Of a stretch of 64,000 bases of DNA, positions 51,830 through 64,000 are shown piece by piece. Numbering within the stretch: the first letter of the stretch is position 1; each line of letters opens with the position of its first letter. This stretch comes from Macrostomum hystrix (Eukaryota > Animalia > Platyhelminthes). Position numbers and translations under genes: made by a program. The notes under the pieces were generated by a model, which was given only the letters and a program-made list of their open reading frames with translations, was not told the DNA's origin and did no database searches. Location: the NCBI GenBank assembly GCA_950097015.1, contig CATNEN010000001.1:18724001-18788000 (forward strand), written 5' to 3'.

Positions 51830-52700
51830 CCTCCTTCCACCTTCTCTCCCTCTCCCTCCTTCCGCCTTCTCTCCCTCTCCCTCCTTCCGCATTCTCTCCC
51901 TCTCCCTCCTTCCGCCTTCTCTCCCTCTCCCTCCTTCCGCCTTCTCTGCCTCTCCCTCCTTCCGCCTTCTCTGCCTCTCCCTCCTTCCGCATTCTCTGCC
52001 TCTCCCTCCTTCCGCATTCTCTCCCTCTCCCTCCTTCCGCCTTCTCTCCCTTTCACTCCTTCCGCCTTCTCTCCCTCTCCCTGCTTCCGCCTTCTCTCCC
52101 TCTCCCTGCTTCCGCCTTCTCTCCCTCTCCCTGCTTCCGCCTTCTCTCCCTTTCACTCCTTCCGCCTTCTCTCCCTCTCCCTCCTTCCGCCTTCTCTCCC
52201 TTTCACTCCTTCCGCCTTCTCTCCCTCTCCCTCCTTCCGCCTTCTCTCCCTCTCCCTCCTTCCACCTTCTCTCCCTCTCCCTCCTTCCGCTCTCTCCGCT
52301 CTCGCCCTCCTTCTGCTCTTGGCCTCCTTCCGCTCTCTCTCCGCTCTCTCCCTCCTTCCGCCTTCCACTCCCTCCTTCCGCTCTCTCCGCTCTCTCCCTC
52401 CTTCCGCTCTCTCCGCTCTCTCCCTCCTTCCGCTCCCTCCCTGCCGCTCTCTCCGCTCTCTCCCTCCTTCCGCTCCCTCCCTGCCGCTCTCTCCGCTCTC
52501 TCCCTCCTTCCGCTCTCTTCTCCGCTCCCTCCCTCCTTCCGTTTTCTCTCTCTCCGTCTCCCTCCGCTCTCTTCTGCGCTCTCTCATCTTTCTGCTCACT
52601 ACTTTTGCTCAATTTCTCCTTACGCTCTCTCCTATTTCCATTTTTCCTCTATCTGCATCCGCTCTCTCTCCTTCTACCTCTCCCTCTCTCTTTTCCCTCC
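51830..52700. repeat. Pyrimidine-rich minisatellite (ctccctccttccgccttctctccct)
   Basis: Tandem CT-rich units; the ORFs here are repeat translations. Confidence 0.93.
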
Positions 52701-53394
52701 ATATCTGATTTTAGTTTTTCATATTCCCTACGGTTTCCTTCGTCCTTGCTTGAGAAGAGCAGCAGTCAGTCTGTCAGTCTCCGAGTGAACTAACTGGTTC
52801 CGCTTTTCATAAAAAAGATTCGCTCGCATAATGAGTAGTTGTCAAGGCCATGAACTCCTCTTTAGCATTCTTCATCTTTGTCTTTCGGTGACATTCAGAA
52901 GGAGACACGGGTTTTTAATCCAGCCTTAATTACCAGAGAGTTTACAAGCATGGATGAAAGAAGCATTAAAAAACTTGCACAATGAGGGACCCGCATTGGT
53001 TGGTGTCTTTTGTTCGGCATGTTTAACAGAACATCATAAATAACAGTTATTATTGTATGAAGCAGGTGAATTCAAGCACTATGACACGTTCCGCCGTCAG
53101 GTTTGACCTTCCAACAGGGACAGGAAACGTTTTATATTATTTTACTTCTTAAATCCAGTCCTAGGAGTAGAATTTTTTTTGGAAAAAGACTCGATAAACC
53201 TGATGATTTTTATTTGATGGTTGAGCAAATTTTCTGGGTACAAGAGGCTAATGAAGAAGAAGCGACAGAAGTAAAATTTATGGGAGAGAAAAAGAGTAGA
53301 AGAGAGAGAATGTAGAGGAGAAGTTAGAGTAGGTATAGTAGGAGATGGAGAAGGTAGACTACGAGCGTAAAAGGGTTGAGAAGGTAGACAGAAA

Positions 53395-53625
53395 GGTAGA
53401 GAAGGTAGACTAAACGGTAGAGAGTATAGACTAAACGGTAGAGAGTATAGACTAAACGGTAGAGAGTATAGACTAAACGGTAGAGAGTATAGAATAAACG
53501 GTAGAGAGTATAGACTAAACGGTAGAGAGTATAGACTAAACGGTAGAGAGTATAGACTAAACGGTAGAGAGTATAGACTAAACGGTAGAGAGTATAGAAT
53601 AAATGGTAGAGAGTATAGACTAAAG
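53395..53625. repeat. 22-bp minisatellite (tagactaaacggtagagagta)
   Basis: About 10 tandem units. Confidence 0.92.
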
Positions 53626-53699
53626 GTTATATTTGGTAGACCAGAAGGTAGAGTAGGTAGACTCTACAGTGCATATCGCATCTAAGTCAACCGTCAGTG

Positions 53700-53810
53700 G
53701 CAGACAGTCACGTGACCAAGCCAGACCGGAAAGCGGCGGCTGTAGAAAACGCGCATTTAGCAGAAAAAAACATTCCTGGCTCGAGTCCAGGGTTGTAAAA
53801 CAAAGTGAGT
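53700..53810 (+). promoter_or_regulatory. Possible promoter / first exon
   Basis: gtcacgtgac palindromic E-box and accggaa ETS-like motif in a CpG-containing patch, followed by a donor-like AA|gtgagt at ~53805. No downstream coding exon identified. Confidence 0.25.
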
Positions 53811-54287
53811 AATCTTTTCTCTCGAAACGCTATTATTCTGCAAGACTTCCAGCAAATGTTAGCGATGAGTTTCGAGTAGAACGAAACCAGCCCTGCCAGT
53901 GAGTACTAGCCTACTTCCTTTTTTTATTTGAGTGCATTCCATTCAGGCATTTTTTGAGTCACTTTCATGTCGGCCGTTTAATTGACAGGTTCGGTGCTGG
54001 GAGGGGCATGCCACAACGCCCAGGTGGTTTTTGCTTGACCGGCGCAGCCCAGCGTACTGACTCACTGATGCAGGAAAGACTCATTGTGTGTGGTTTTTCT
54101 GGTTTGAAAAGTTTTTTTTGCAGCGGAACGAAAACGGAAATTTTATTACGATAATTTTACTGCGATAAACTTTACTACTTATTTGGGTGTACATAGGTAG
54201 ATGCCTACATTGTAGGCACAAACATTTGTATACATTAAAGGTAGATAGGTACATAGCAAGTAGATAAGTAAATAGAAGAAATAGAAG

Positions 54288-55468
54288 GTACATAGTACTA
54301 AGATATTGGTACATAGTACTGAGATATTGGTACATAGTGCTGATAGATTGGTACATAGTGCTGATAGATTGGTACATAGTGCTGATAGATTGGTACATAG
54401 TGCTGAGATATTGGTACATAGTACTGAGATATTGGTACATAGTGCTGATAGATTGGTACATAGTGCTGATAGATTGGTACATAGTGCTGATAGATTGGTA
54501 CATAGTGCTGATAGATTGGTACATAGTGCTGATAGATTGGTACATGGTGCTATGATATTGGTACATAGTGCTGATAGATTGGTACATAGTGCTGATATAT
54601 TGGTACATAGTGCTGATAGATTGGTACATGGTGCTATGATATTGGTACATAGTGCTGATAGATTGGTAAATAGTGCTGATATATTGGTACATAGTGCTGA
54701 TAGATTCGTACATAGTGCTGATAGATTGGTACATGGTGCTATGATATTGGTACATGCTACTGATAGATTGGTACATAGTACTGATAGATTGCTGCATAGT
54801 ACTGATATATTGTTGGATAGTACTGAGATATTGGTACATGGTGCTGATAGATTGGTACATTGTTGCATAGTACTGAGATATTGGTACATGCTGCTGATAG
54901 ATTGGTACATTGTTGCATAGTACTGAGATATTGGTACATGCTGCTGATAGATTGGTACATAGTACTGATAGATTGTTGCATAGTACTGAGATATTGGTAC
55001 ATAGTACTGAGATATTGGAACATGGTGCTGATAGATTGGTACATTGTTGCATAGTACTGAGATATTGGTACATGCTGCTGATAGATTGGTACATTGTTGC
55101 ATAGTACTGAGATATTGGTACATGCTGCTGATAGATTGGTACATAGTACTGATAGATTGCTGCATAGTACTGATATATTGTTGGATAGTACTGAGATATT
55201 GGTACATGCTGCTGATAGATTGGTACATAGTACTGATAGATTGTTGCATAGTACTGAGATATTGGTACATAGTACTGAGATATTGGAACATGGTGCTGAT
55301 AGATTGGTACATTGTTGCATAGTACTGAGATATTGGAACATGGTGCTGATAGATTGGTACATAGTACTGAGATATTGGCACATGGTGCTGATAGATTGGT
55401 ACATGCTGCTGATAGATTGGTACATGCTGCTGATAGATTGGTACATGCTGCTGATAGATTGGTACATG
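54288..55468. repeat. 21-bp-based minisatellite (ttggtacatagtgctgataga) with 29-bp variants
   Basis: Tandem units. Confidence 0.95.
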
Positions 55469-55724
55469 TAAAAATGCGTGCGCCAAGGTGCACATGCACT
55501 TCCATTGATTAGCTTGTGAATGAAAAAAATGCAGATTAGCAACATCCTTGTACAAATAGAACGAGTGCAACATGTACAAATTGAAAAAACTTTGTTGTCC
55601 AGAATTGGTATCTCGGCTTGGCACCATGTTGGTGGGGTGACACGATGCGCAATATTGGCAATTGTGGATTCCGGTGCGAATGCACTCGGAGAGGACTGGA
55701 GAATGAATGTACGATGTCTCATAC

Positions 55725-56472
55725 CCTAATCTTACGATTTCTCATAGTCTAATCTCACGATTTCTCATACTCGAGTCTCACGATTTCTCATACTCGAGTC
55801 TCACGATTTCTTATGGTCTAATCTCAATATTTCTCATACTCTAATCTCACGATTTCTCATAATCTAATCTCACGATTTCTCATACTCTTATCTCACGATT
55901 TCTCATACTCGATTCTTACGATTTCTCACAGTCTAATCTCATGATTTATCATGCTCTACTCTAACGATTTCTCATACTCTAATCTCACGATTTCTTATGG
56001 TCTAATCTCATGATTTCTCATAGTCTAATCTCACGATTTCTCATAGTCTAATCCCACGATTTATCATGCTCTAATCTAACGATTTCTCATAGTCAAAATC
56101 TCACGATTTCTTATGGTCTAATCTCACGATTTCTTATGGTCTAATCTCACGATTTCTCATACTCGATTCTTATGATTTCTCATACTCTAATCTCACGATT
56201 TCTCATATTCTAAACTCATGATTTTTCATAGTCATAATCTTACGATTTCTCATAGTCTAATCTCACGATTTATCATAGTCTAATCTCACGATTTATCATA
56301 GTCTAATCTCACGATTTATCATAGTCTAATCTCACGATTTATCATAGTCTAATCTCACGATTTATCATAGTCTAATCTCACGATTTATCATAGTCTAATC
56401 TCACGATTTCTCATAGTCTAATCTCACGATTTCTCATAGTCTAATCTCACGATTTCTCATAGTCTAATCTCA
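55725..56472. repeat. 22-bp minisatellite (tctaatctcacgatttctcatag-like)
   Basis: Diverged tandem units that become more homogeneous toward the right end. Confidence 0.92.
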
Positions 56473-57246
56473 CAGCTTAAGTCTCATGAATTCTCCCAGT
56501 AGAATCTAATATTTTTTCCACCCATTTATCTATCCTATCCTGATTGTCTGATGTGACAGGAAAATGGATACATTTAGTTTGCAGTCGAATCTATCCAGGC
56601 CTCACATTTATCGGTAACCAATCTGCACCTGTTTTCAAGTGTGTGGCGAAATGGCAACAATCACAAGACCAAACTACAAATTGTATAAGCATTTGTTTAG
56701 GCAAACAGTGAAGGCAGTCACACTCCATGACATGAATGAATTTGGGCAACTTCTGTCTTTGTATTTTAGTCTGCCAAAAACTGTCTAACAGAAGTATCAG
56801 GCTATCAGGCGATTCAGCAAAGCTTCTAGTGTTGATTGTCCCAGTTGGTGCTTAACCAGCTCGAGTTCTCGATTATATACTGGGCCCTTCTATCATTGGC
56901 ACGCTTGTCAGTTGCAAGACCAATGCAAACAGAAGTTCACGCTAAAATCTTACGCGCTTATCTGATCTTGCAATTCATAGCTATCAAAGCATTCCAGAAC
57001 CATTAACTGACTATGCGTAATGTAAACCAAAAACTATTGGCATAGCTAAGATCGTAAAAAACCCTGTACCAAATACTTGGTGTCGCTGTGGCCCGGGTGT
57101 CTACCAAAACAGGCTTGTTATAACAAAACTGCTTAGTAGCGGCCGTCTGGCTTTTAAGTGTGTTGTTGAAAGGGGGCAAAGAACCCGGATGTGGGGTAAG
57201 ATTCCAAAAATAATTTGGCAAATGGCTTCATAAAAATGATTTTGTC

Positions 57247-57897
57247 ATTCTGAAAACCTCATTCTGAAATCTGAAATCCTCATTCTGAAATCTGAAATCC
57301 TCATTCTGAAATCAGAAATCCTCATTCTGAAATCAGAAATCCTCATTCTGAAATCAGAAATCCTCATCCTGAAATCAGAAATCCTCATTCTGAAATCAGA
57401 AATCCTCATCCTGAAATCTGAAATCCTCATTCTGAAATCAGAAATACCCATTATGAAACCTGAAATCCTCATTCTGAAATCTGAAATCCTCATTCTGAAA
57501 TCAGAAATCCTCATTCTGAAATCTGAAATCCTCATTCTGAAATCAGAAACCCTCATTATGAAATCAGAAACCCTCATTATGAAATCAGAAATCCTGATTC
57601 TAAAATCTGAAATCCTCATCCTGAAATCAGAAATCCTCATTATGAAATCTGAAATCCTCATTCTGAAATCAGAAATCCTCATTCTGAAATCAGAAATCCT
57701 CATCCTGAAATCAGAAATCCTCAATCTGAAATCAGAAATCCTGATTCTAAAATCTGAAATCCCTATTATAAAATCGGAAATCCTCATTATAAAACCAGAA
57801 ACCCTCATTATGAAATCAGAAATCCTCATATTGAAATCCCCATTTTTTAATTCTCATTTTGAATTACTTATTGTAAAATCCTCATTCTGAAATCAGA
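57247..57897. repeat. 21-bp minisatellite (ctgaaatcagaaatcctcatt), built from 7-bp subunits
   Basis: Tandem units. Confidence 0.93.
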
Positions 57898-58644
57898 AGT
57901 CAAAACGCAAAATTAAACAATGTACTTTTAAAAAGTTGATTGGATTTTTGGCCTGATAGTTTTACACTGTGAGGTTACACTCTGCAGCTCTCGGCTTCTT
58001 AACCAAAAAAATTAAGCCATAAAAATAGGCAGAGAGAAGCCAGGATGAAAGAAAATGATTGCAATCGTTCGACTTGTTCAGGTCTTTGTCCGGAAAGCAG
58101 TCCACTGAATGAAGTCCTCCCTACTGGGGAGCAAAGGCAGGATTGGAAGCGAAACCAAGTGGTCTAAAAATACTGATGCCTTGATAAGTTGCTCCGCCAC
58201 ACAGCTCACTCCCCACATTGCTCATTAGTCATTGAAATTATAGTCCTCATTCCTGGTGGTCTTTGTTCCCAGCCGTGCAGTCACCAATCGCAATCCTTTA
58301 AAAAAATTTATGAAAGCTATCGACAAAGCCGGAGCTATATATGGAAATCTAGCTGGCGTGAAAATGCCCCCCTGCACTTTTAATCCTCTGCAATCCTCGT
58401 TGCAAAAAACTGTCTTTCTCCCACTCTCCCTGTCTCCCATCCCCGCCTCCCAGAATGGGAAGTATTGTGAATCATCGGGCCTGCATACACCAACCTCAAA
58501 AGAATTATTCGCCTCTTGAAACAACCCGACTGAAGCCTTTGTCTCACTGCTAGACTATGATTGGAAAATATATAGCCCTGGTTGCACTTGAATATCATGA
58601 AACTGAAAAACCATGGAGACAGTGAGACAGCGACCGTGATTTCA

Positions 58645-59700
58645 CAGAGAGGGAGAGAGTGAAGGAGAGTGAGCCAGAGAGTAAGGGAGAGTGGGGGAGA
58701 GTTAGGGAGAGAGTGATTGAGAGTGATTGAGAGTGGGGGGAGAGTGAGGGAGAGAGTGAGGGAGAGTTAGGGAGAGAGTGGGGGAGAGTGAGAGATAGTG
58801 AGGGAGAGAGTGGGGGAGAGTGGGGGAGAGTGAGGGAGAGAGTGGGGAGAGCGAGGGAGAGTGAGGGAGAGAGTGGGGGAGAGAGTGGGGGAGAGCGAGG
58901 GAGAGTGAGGGAGAGAGTGGGGGAGAGCGAGGGAGAGTGAGGGAGAGAGTGGGGAGAGCGAGGGAGAGTGAGGGGGAGAGTGGGGGAGAGCGAGGGAGAG
59001 TGAGGGAGAGAGTGGGGAGAGCGAGGGAGAGTGAGGGGGAGAGTGGGGGAGAGCGAGGGAGAGTGAGGGATAGAGTGGGGGAGAGCGAGGGAGAGAGTGG
59101 GGGGAGTTAGGGAGAGAGTGGGGGATAAAGTGTGAGAGTGGGGGAGAGTGGGGGAGAGTGGGGAAGAGCGAGGGAGAGTGAGGGAGAGTGGGGGAGAGAG
59201 TGGGGAGAGTGAGGGGGGAGAGTGGGGAAGAGCGAGGGAGAGTGAGGGAGAGTGGGGGAGAGAGTGGGGAGAGTGAGGGAGAGAGTGGGGAGAGCGAGGG
59301 AGAGTGAGGGGGAGAGTGGGGGAGAGCGAGGGAGAGTGGGGAGAGTTAGGGAGAGAGTGGGGGAGAGCGAGGGAGAGTGAGGGAGAGTGGGGGAGAGAGT
59401 GGGGAGAGTGAGGGAGAGAGTGGGGAGAGTTAGGGGGAGAGTGGGGGAGAGCGAGGGAGAGTGAGGGAGAGTGGGGGAGAGAGTGGGGAGAGTGAGGGAG
59501 AGAGTGGGGAGAGCGAGGGAGAGTGAGGGGGAGAGTGGGGGAGAGCGAGGGAGAGTGGGGAGAGTTAGGGGGAGAGTGGGGGATAAAGTGTGAGAGTGGG
59601 GGGAGAGTGGGGGAGAGTGGGGGAGAGCGAGGGAGAGTGAGGGAGAGTGGGGGAGAGTGGGGGAGAGCGAGGGAGAGCGAGGGAGAGTGAGGGAGAGAGT
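58645..59700. repeat. G/A-rich low-complexity tandem repeat
   Basis: gagagtggggga and gcgagggagagtga units. Confidence 0.92.
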
Positions 59701-60159
59701 CAGCAGTAGCAGACACAGTTTAGCATGTGTTAGGGTACGAGTACACTAGGGCACGAGTGAGGCACGGTTCCTTCAGTTTAGTCAGCGAGTTATTTCTGGA
59801 AACGCCAACCGATGACGTATTTTTTACGCCCCTCCCAAAGTCGGAGTTCTGGGGTGGGCGTGTGCCGGGGGGAGCGCAGAGATGACTCGTACCCCACACA
59901 CTCACAAATGCACAAATACGTCACTTGTGGTCAGTGTCAGACCATCAGTGGAGGGCTAGCTAGTCATAACGCCACGGCCACTGGTAAGCAGATGGCGTCG
60001 AGGTGAGGTGACAGTGAGGTGCTCCGATGAGGGTTATAGTGCATTGTGGCGTGAGCCGAAGGACAATTAGTCATCTCGCTGTCACAGAACGCAGACAAGA
60101 ATTTGGTGAGCATTGTGTAGTACAGTAAAGAGACAAGTAAATGCAACACAGACACACAC

Positions 60160-60860
60160 AGGTAGATTGACAGACAGACAGACAGGGAGAATAATAGACG
60201 GACAGACAGGTAGAACAGACAGACAGACAGACAGGTGGAATAATAGACAGACAGACAGGTAGAACAGACAGACAGACAGGTAGAATGACAGACAGACAGA
60301 CAGGGAGAATAATAGACGGACAGACAGGTAGAACAGACAGACAGACAGACAGGTGGAATAATAGACAGACAGACAGGTAGAACAGACAGGCAGACAGGTA
60401 GAATGACAGACAGACAGACAGGGAGAATAATAGACGGACAGACAGGTAGAACAGACAGACAGACAGGTAGAATGACAGACAGACAGACAGGGAGAATAAT
60501 AGACGGACAGACAGGTAGAACAGACAGACAGACAGGTAGAATGACAGACAGACAGACGGGTAGAATAATAGACAAACAGGTAGAATTACAGACAGACAGG
60601 TAGAATTACAGACAAACAGGTAGAATTACAGACAGACAGGTAGAATGACAGTAGACAGACAGGTAGAATTACGGACAGACAGGTAGAATTACGGACAGAC
60701 AGGTAGAATTACGGACAGACAGGTAGAATTACGGACAGACAGGTAGAATTACAGACAGACAGGTAGAATTACGGACAGACAGGTAAAATGACAGTAGACA
60801 GACAGGTAGAATTACAGACTGACAGGTAAAATGACAGTAGACAGACAGGTAGAATTACGG
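60160..60860. repeat. GACA-based compound minisatellite
   Basis: gacagacaggtagaat-type units. Confidence 0.9.
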
Positions 60861-61519
60861 TATAGATATAAAAGATATAAGATATAAAAGAAGGTGAGCT
60901 GAAGGCGGTGGATGAGGCATGTCACAGCGCACCATATGACGAGCTCGCTCTATTATCAAATGAGCAATTTTATCGCTGAAGAGGATGTAATGAGCCCAGG
61001 GGGTGAGTGGAAGGTATAGAGGTCGCATGTGAAGCGAACAGCTGAAATTTACGACCTTCCTGTCATGCGCAGGACATGTGGCCCGCATTTTTATGTTTAC
61101 GATTTAGGCTCCTTTGCTTTGAATTGAGCAGTCTACTCAACTGAATTCACCAGACAGACGTGGTGCATGTATTTTTGTTGAAAAGAAATTTAGACAAAGA
61201 CAGACTCACAAATTTGCATCGACAGCGCTTCAACTCGTAAAAAATTATTTATTTTCTTCCATTTACTTTATGGTACAGTAGTTTCAGTGGTCCAATCACT
61301 GATGCTTCTCAGAAGCACAATAAAATATATGTTATATGTGTTATCGGTAATGAAAATGATCATTCCGAATGTGAATATCAGTTTTTAAGTGAGTTCTCTT
61401 TCGTAGACTTTGTTGCAGTTCAACTGACAGGTGAGGCCAAATTTTATTCCAGTCTTTTAATAAAACCAACTCAAGTGGATTTAACATCCGGAATGGGAAG
61501 AGGTAATGAAAAATTAGAA

Positions 61520-62920
61520 GTGACAGTGAATGTGATACAGGTGAGAGTGAATCTGACACAGGTGAGAGTGAATCTGACACAGGTGAGAGTAAATGTGACA
61601 CAGGTGAGAGTGAATGTGACACAGGTGAGAGTGAATGTGACACAGGTGAGAGTGAATGTGTTACAGGTGAGAGTGAATGTGACACAGGTGAGAGTGAATG
61701 TGACACAGGTGAGAGTGAATGTGACACAGGTGAGAGTGAATGTGTTACAGGTGAGAGTGAATGTGTTACAGGTGAGAGTGAATGTGATACAGGTGAGAGT
61801 GAATGTGACACAGGTGAGAGTGAATGTGATACAGGTGAGAGTGAATGTGACACAGGTGAGAGTGAATCTGACACAGGTGAGAGTGAATGTGACACAGGTG
61901 AGAGTGAATGTGATACAGGTGAGAGTGAATGTGATACAGGTGAGAGTGAATGTGACACAGGTGAGAGTGAATGTGACACAGGTGAGAGTGAATGTGTTAC
62001 AGGTGAGAGTGAATGTGTTACAGGTGAGAGTGAATGTGATACAGGTGAGAGTGAATGTGACACAGGTGAGAGTGAATGTGACACAGGTGAGAGTGAATGT
62101 GACACAGGTGAGAGTGAATGTGACACAGGTGAGAGTGAATGTGTTACAGGTGAGAGTGAATGTGTTACAGGTGAGAGTGAATGTGTTACAGGTGAGAGTG
62201 AATGTGTTACAGGTGAGAGTGAATGTGATACAGGTGAGAGTGAATGTGACACAGGTGAGAGTGAATGTGACACAGGTGAGAGTGAATGTGACACAGGTGA
62301 GAGTGAATGTGACACAGGTGAGAGTGAATGTGACACAGGTGAGAGTGAATCTGACACAGGTGAGAGTGAATGTGACACAGGTGAGAGTGAATTTGACACA
62401 GGTGACAGTGAATGTGACACAGGTGAGAGTGAATGTGACACAGGTGACAGTGAATGTGACACAGGTGAGAGTGAATGTGACACAGGTGAGAGTGAATGTG
62501 ACACAGGTGAGAGTGAATGTGACACAGGTGACAGTGAATGTGACACAGGTGTCAGTGAATGTGACACAGGTGACAGTGAATGTGACACAGGTGAGAGTGA
62601 ATGTGACACAGGTGAGAGTGAATGTGACACAGGTGACAGTGAATGTGACACAGGTGTCAGTGAATGTGACACAGGTGACAGTGAATGTGACACAGGTGTC
62701 AGTGAATGTGACACAGGTGACAGTGAATGTGACACAGGTGTCAGTGAATGTGACACAGGTGACAGTGAATGTGACACAGGTGAGAGTGAATGTGACACAG
62801 GTGAGAGTGAATGTGACACAGGTGACAGTGAATGTGACACAGGTGAGAGTGAATGTGACACAGGTGAGAGTGAATGTGACACAGGTGAGAGTGAATGTGA
62901 CACAGGTGACAGTGAATTTG
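61520..62920. repeat. 21-bp minisatellite (caggtgagagtgaatgtgaca)
   Basis: About 66 tandem units; the ~500-aa ORFs are repeat artefacts. Confidence 0.96.
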
Positions 62921-63539
62921 ACGTAAATAACAATCAGTGTAGTGAAATGTGAGCCGTTGATCTCACACAGGAATTGTGCAATCAGCTTTAATCGCATTCA
63001 TAAATCACACAAAATCCAAAACAATGAGTCCTTAGCTGGAGGTCAAGAGGTCGGATGATTTGTAGCATATTGCACCTGCTCATCAACTGCTTGGCTGCAA
63101 TGACATCCAGCACGGTTGGTTTCAACTCAGACGACGGCGGAATGGCATGAAAACAAACACAACAGGGGATCTGTCAGAGACCTTGGTCCCGTGAGGCTAG
63201 TTTGAGCAGCTCTCATTGCATAACAAGCGCGTATATCAATTTTCATTCAGCGATTGTTCAGAATGTGGTATTGTTGCATCAGCCATATCGTGCCACTGGG
63301 ACAACTCCACACAATGGGCCAATAATAAAGGAACCGGTGCTTTATGTAATGAACGCACCGCGTGCAATGGTGCGCGCCAAGAATTTCGCTAAATAGAAAA
63401 AAACTAAAACAATAAAATTTCTGCTAGGCTGTCTTCTTAAAATCAAGGACAGAAAAATAAAAAAGCAATATTTTTATGGAAATTTTCCTGGCATTATTTG
63501 CTGTCTGTAGCTTGTTGATTAATGAGAGTTGAGATTGGA

Positions 63540-64000
63540 GAGACGGGGAGAGAGAGGAAGGGTAGAGAGGGGGTAGAAGAAGGGTAGAGAGGGGGCAGAA
63601 GAAGGGTAGAGAGGGGGCAGAAGAAGGGTAGAGAGGGGGCAGAAGAAGGGTAGAGAGGGGGCAGAAGAAGGGTAGAGAGGGGGCAGAAGAAGGGTAGAGA
63701 GGGGGCAGAAGGGTAGAGAGGGGGCAGAAGGAGGGTAGAGAGGGGGCAGAAGAAGGGTAGAGAGGGGGCAGAAGAAGTGTAGGGAGGGGGCAGAAGAAGG
63801 GTAGAGGGGGGCAGAAGAAGGAGAGAGAAAGGGCAGAAGCGGGGAGAGAAGGGTAGAGAGGGGGCAGAAGAAGGGTAGAGAGGGAGCAGAAGAAGGGTAG
63901 GGAGGGGGCAGAAGAAGGATAGAGAGGGGGCAGAACGAGGGTAGAGAAGGGGCAGAAGAAGGAGAGAGAAAGGGCAGAAGAGGGGAGAGAAGGGTAGAGA
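63540..64000. repeat. Purine-rich minisatellite (gaagaagggtagagagggggca)
   Basis: Tandem units to the window end. Confidence 0.93.

Noticed and set aside
61520-62920. Array of CAG|GTGAG splice-donor-like motifs as an alternative-splicing device
   Set aside because: No associated + strand exon identified; most simply a minisatellite that happens to contain the motif.
51765-62997. Long ORFs (200-530 aa) at 51.8, 54.1, 57.2, 58.6, 60.0 and 61.3 kb
   Set aside because: They coincide with minisatellites and are often open in several frames or on both strands; no domain signal.
56480-63400. Possible exons in the unique islands between arrays (56.5-57.2, 58.0-58.6, 59.7-60.1, 60.9-61.5, 63.0-63.2 kb)
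   Set aside because: No recognisable domain or consistent splice chain could be built by eye; left uncalled pending RNA-seq or BLASTX.

Overview
Eukaryotic (animal) genomic DNA with GT-AG introns and very dense minisatellites. The style (minisatellite-filled introns, Mab-21 expansion, polyQ tracts) suggests an invertebrate such as a macrostomid flatworm; that assignment is inference only. Host genes reconstructed by hand: a PGRMC/MAPR heme-steroid binding protein (-), an intronless DEG/ENaC channel (+), a VIP36/LMAN2-like lectin (+), a C-type-lectin membrane protein (-), a ~1775-aa ankyrin-solenoid + Mab-21/cGAS-like receptor (+) with a decayed paralogue next to it, and a FLYWCH zinc-finger protein (-). 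Mobile DNA: a decayed Harbinger, an intact DD34E Tc1, Polinton-type polB remnants and a Crypton-like locus. The most unusual region is ~14.4-21.1 kb. It holds two divergent, co-oriented Crypton-type tyrosine recombinase genes. Upstream of each lies a ~347-bp non-coding module; the two modules share one architecture (GTCTATGG, long imperfect hairpin capped by GCGAAGC, shared GCCCTAGACAGC, G5C-N3-GC5 hairpin, CCATAGAC) but little overall identity. The region also carries 10 exact CCATAGAC motifs and two inverted-duplication scars, and it could be a two-recombinase system acting on structured or ssDNA sites. No searches were run; all family calls rest on motif recognition, and coordinates were counted by eye.
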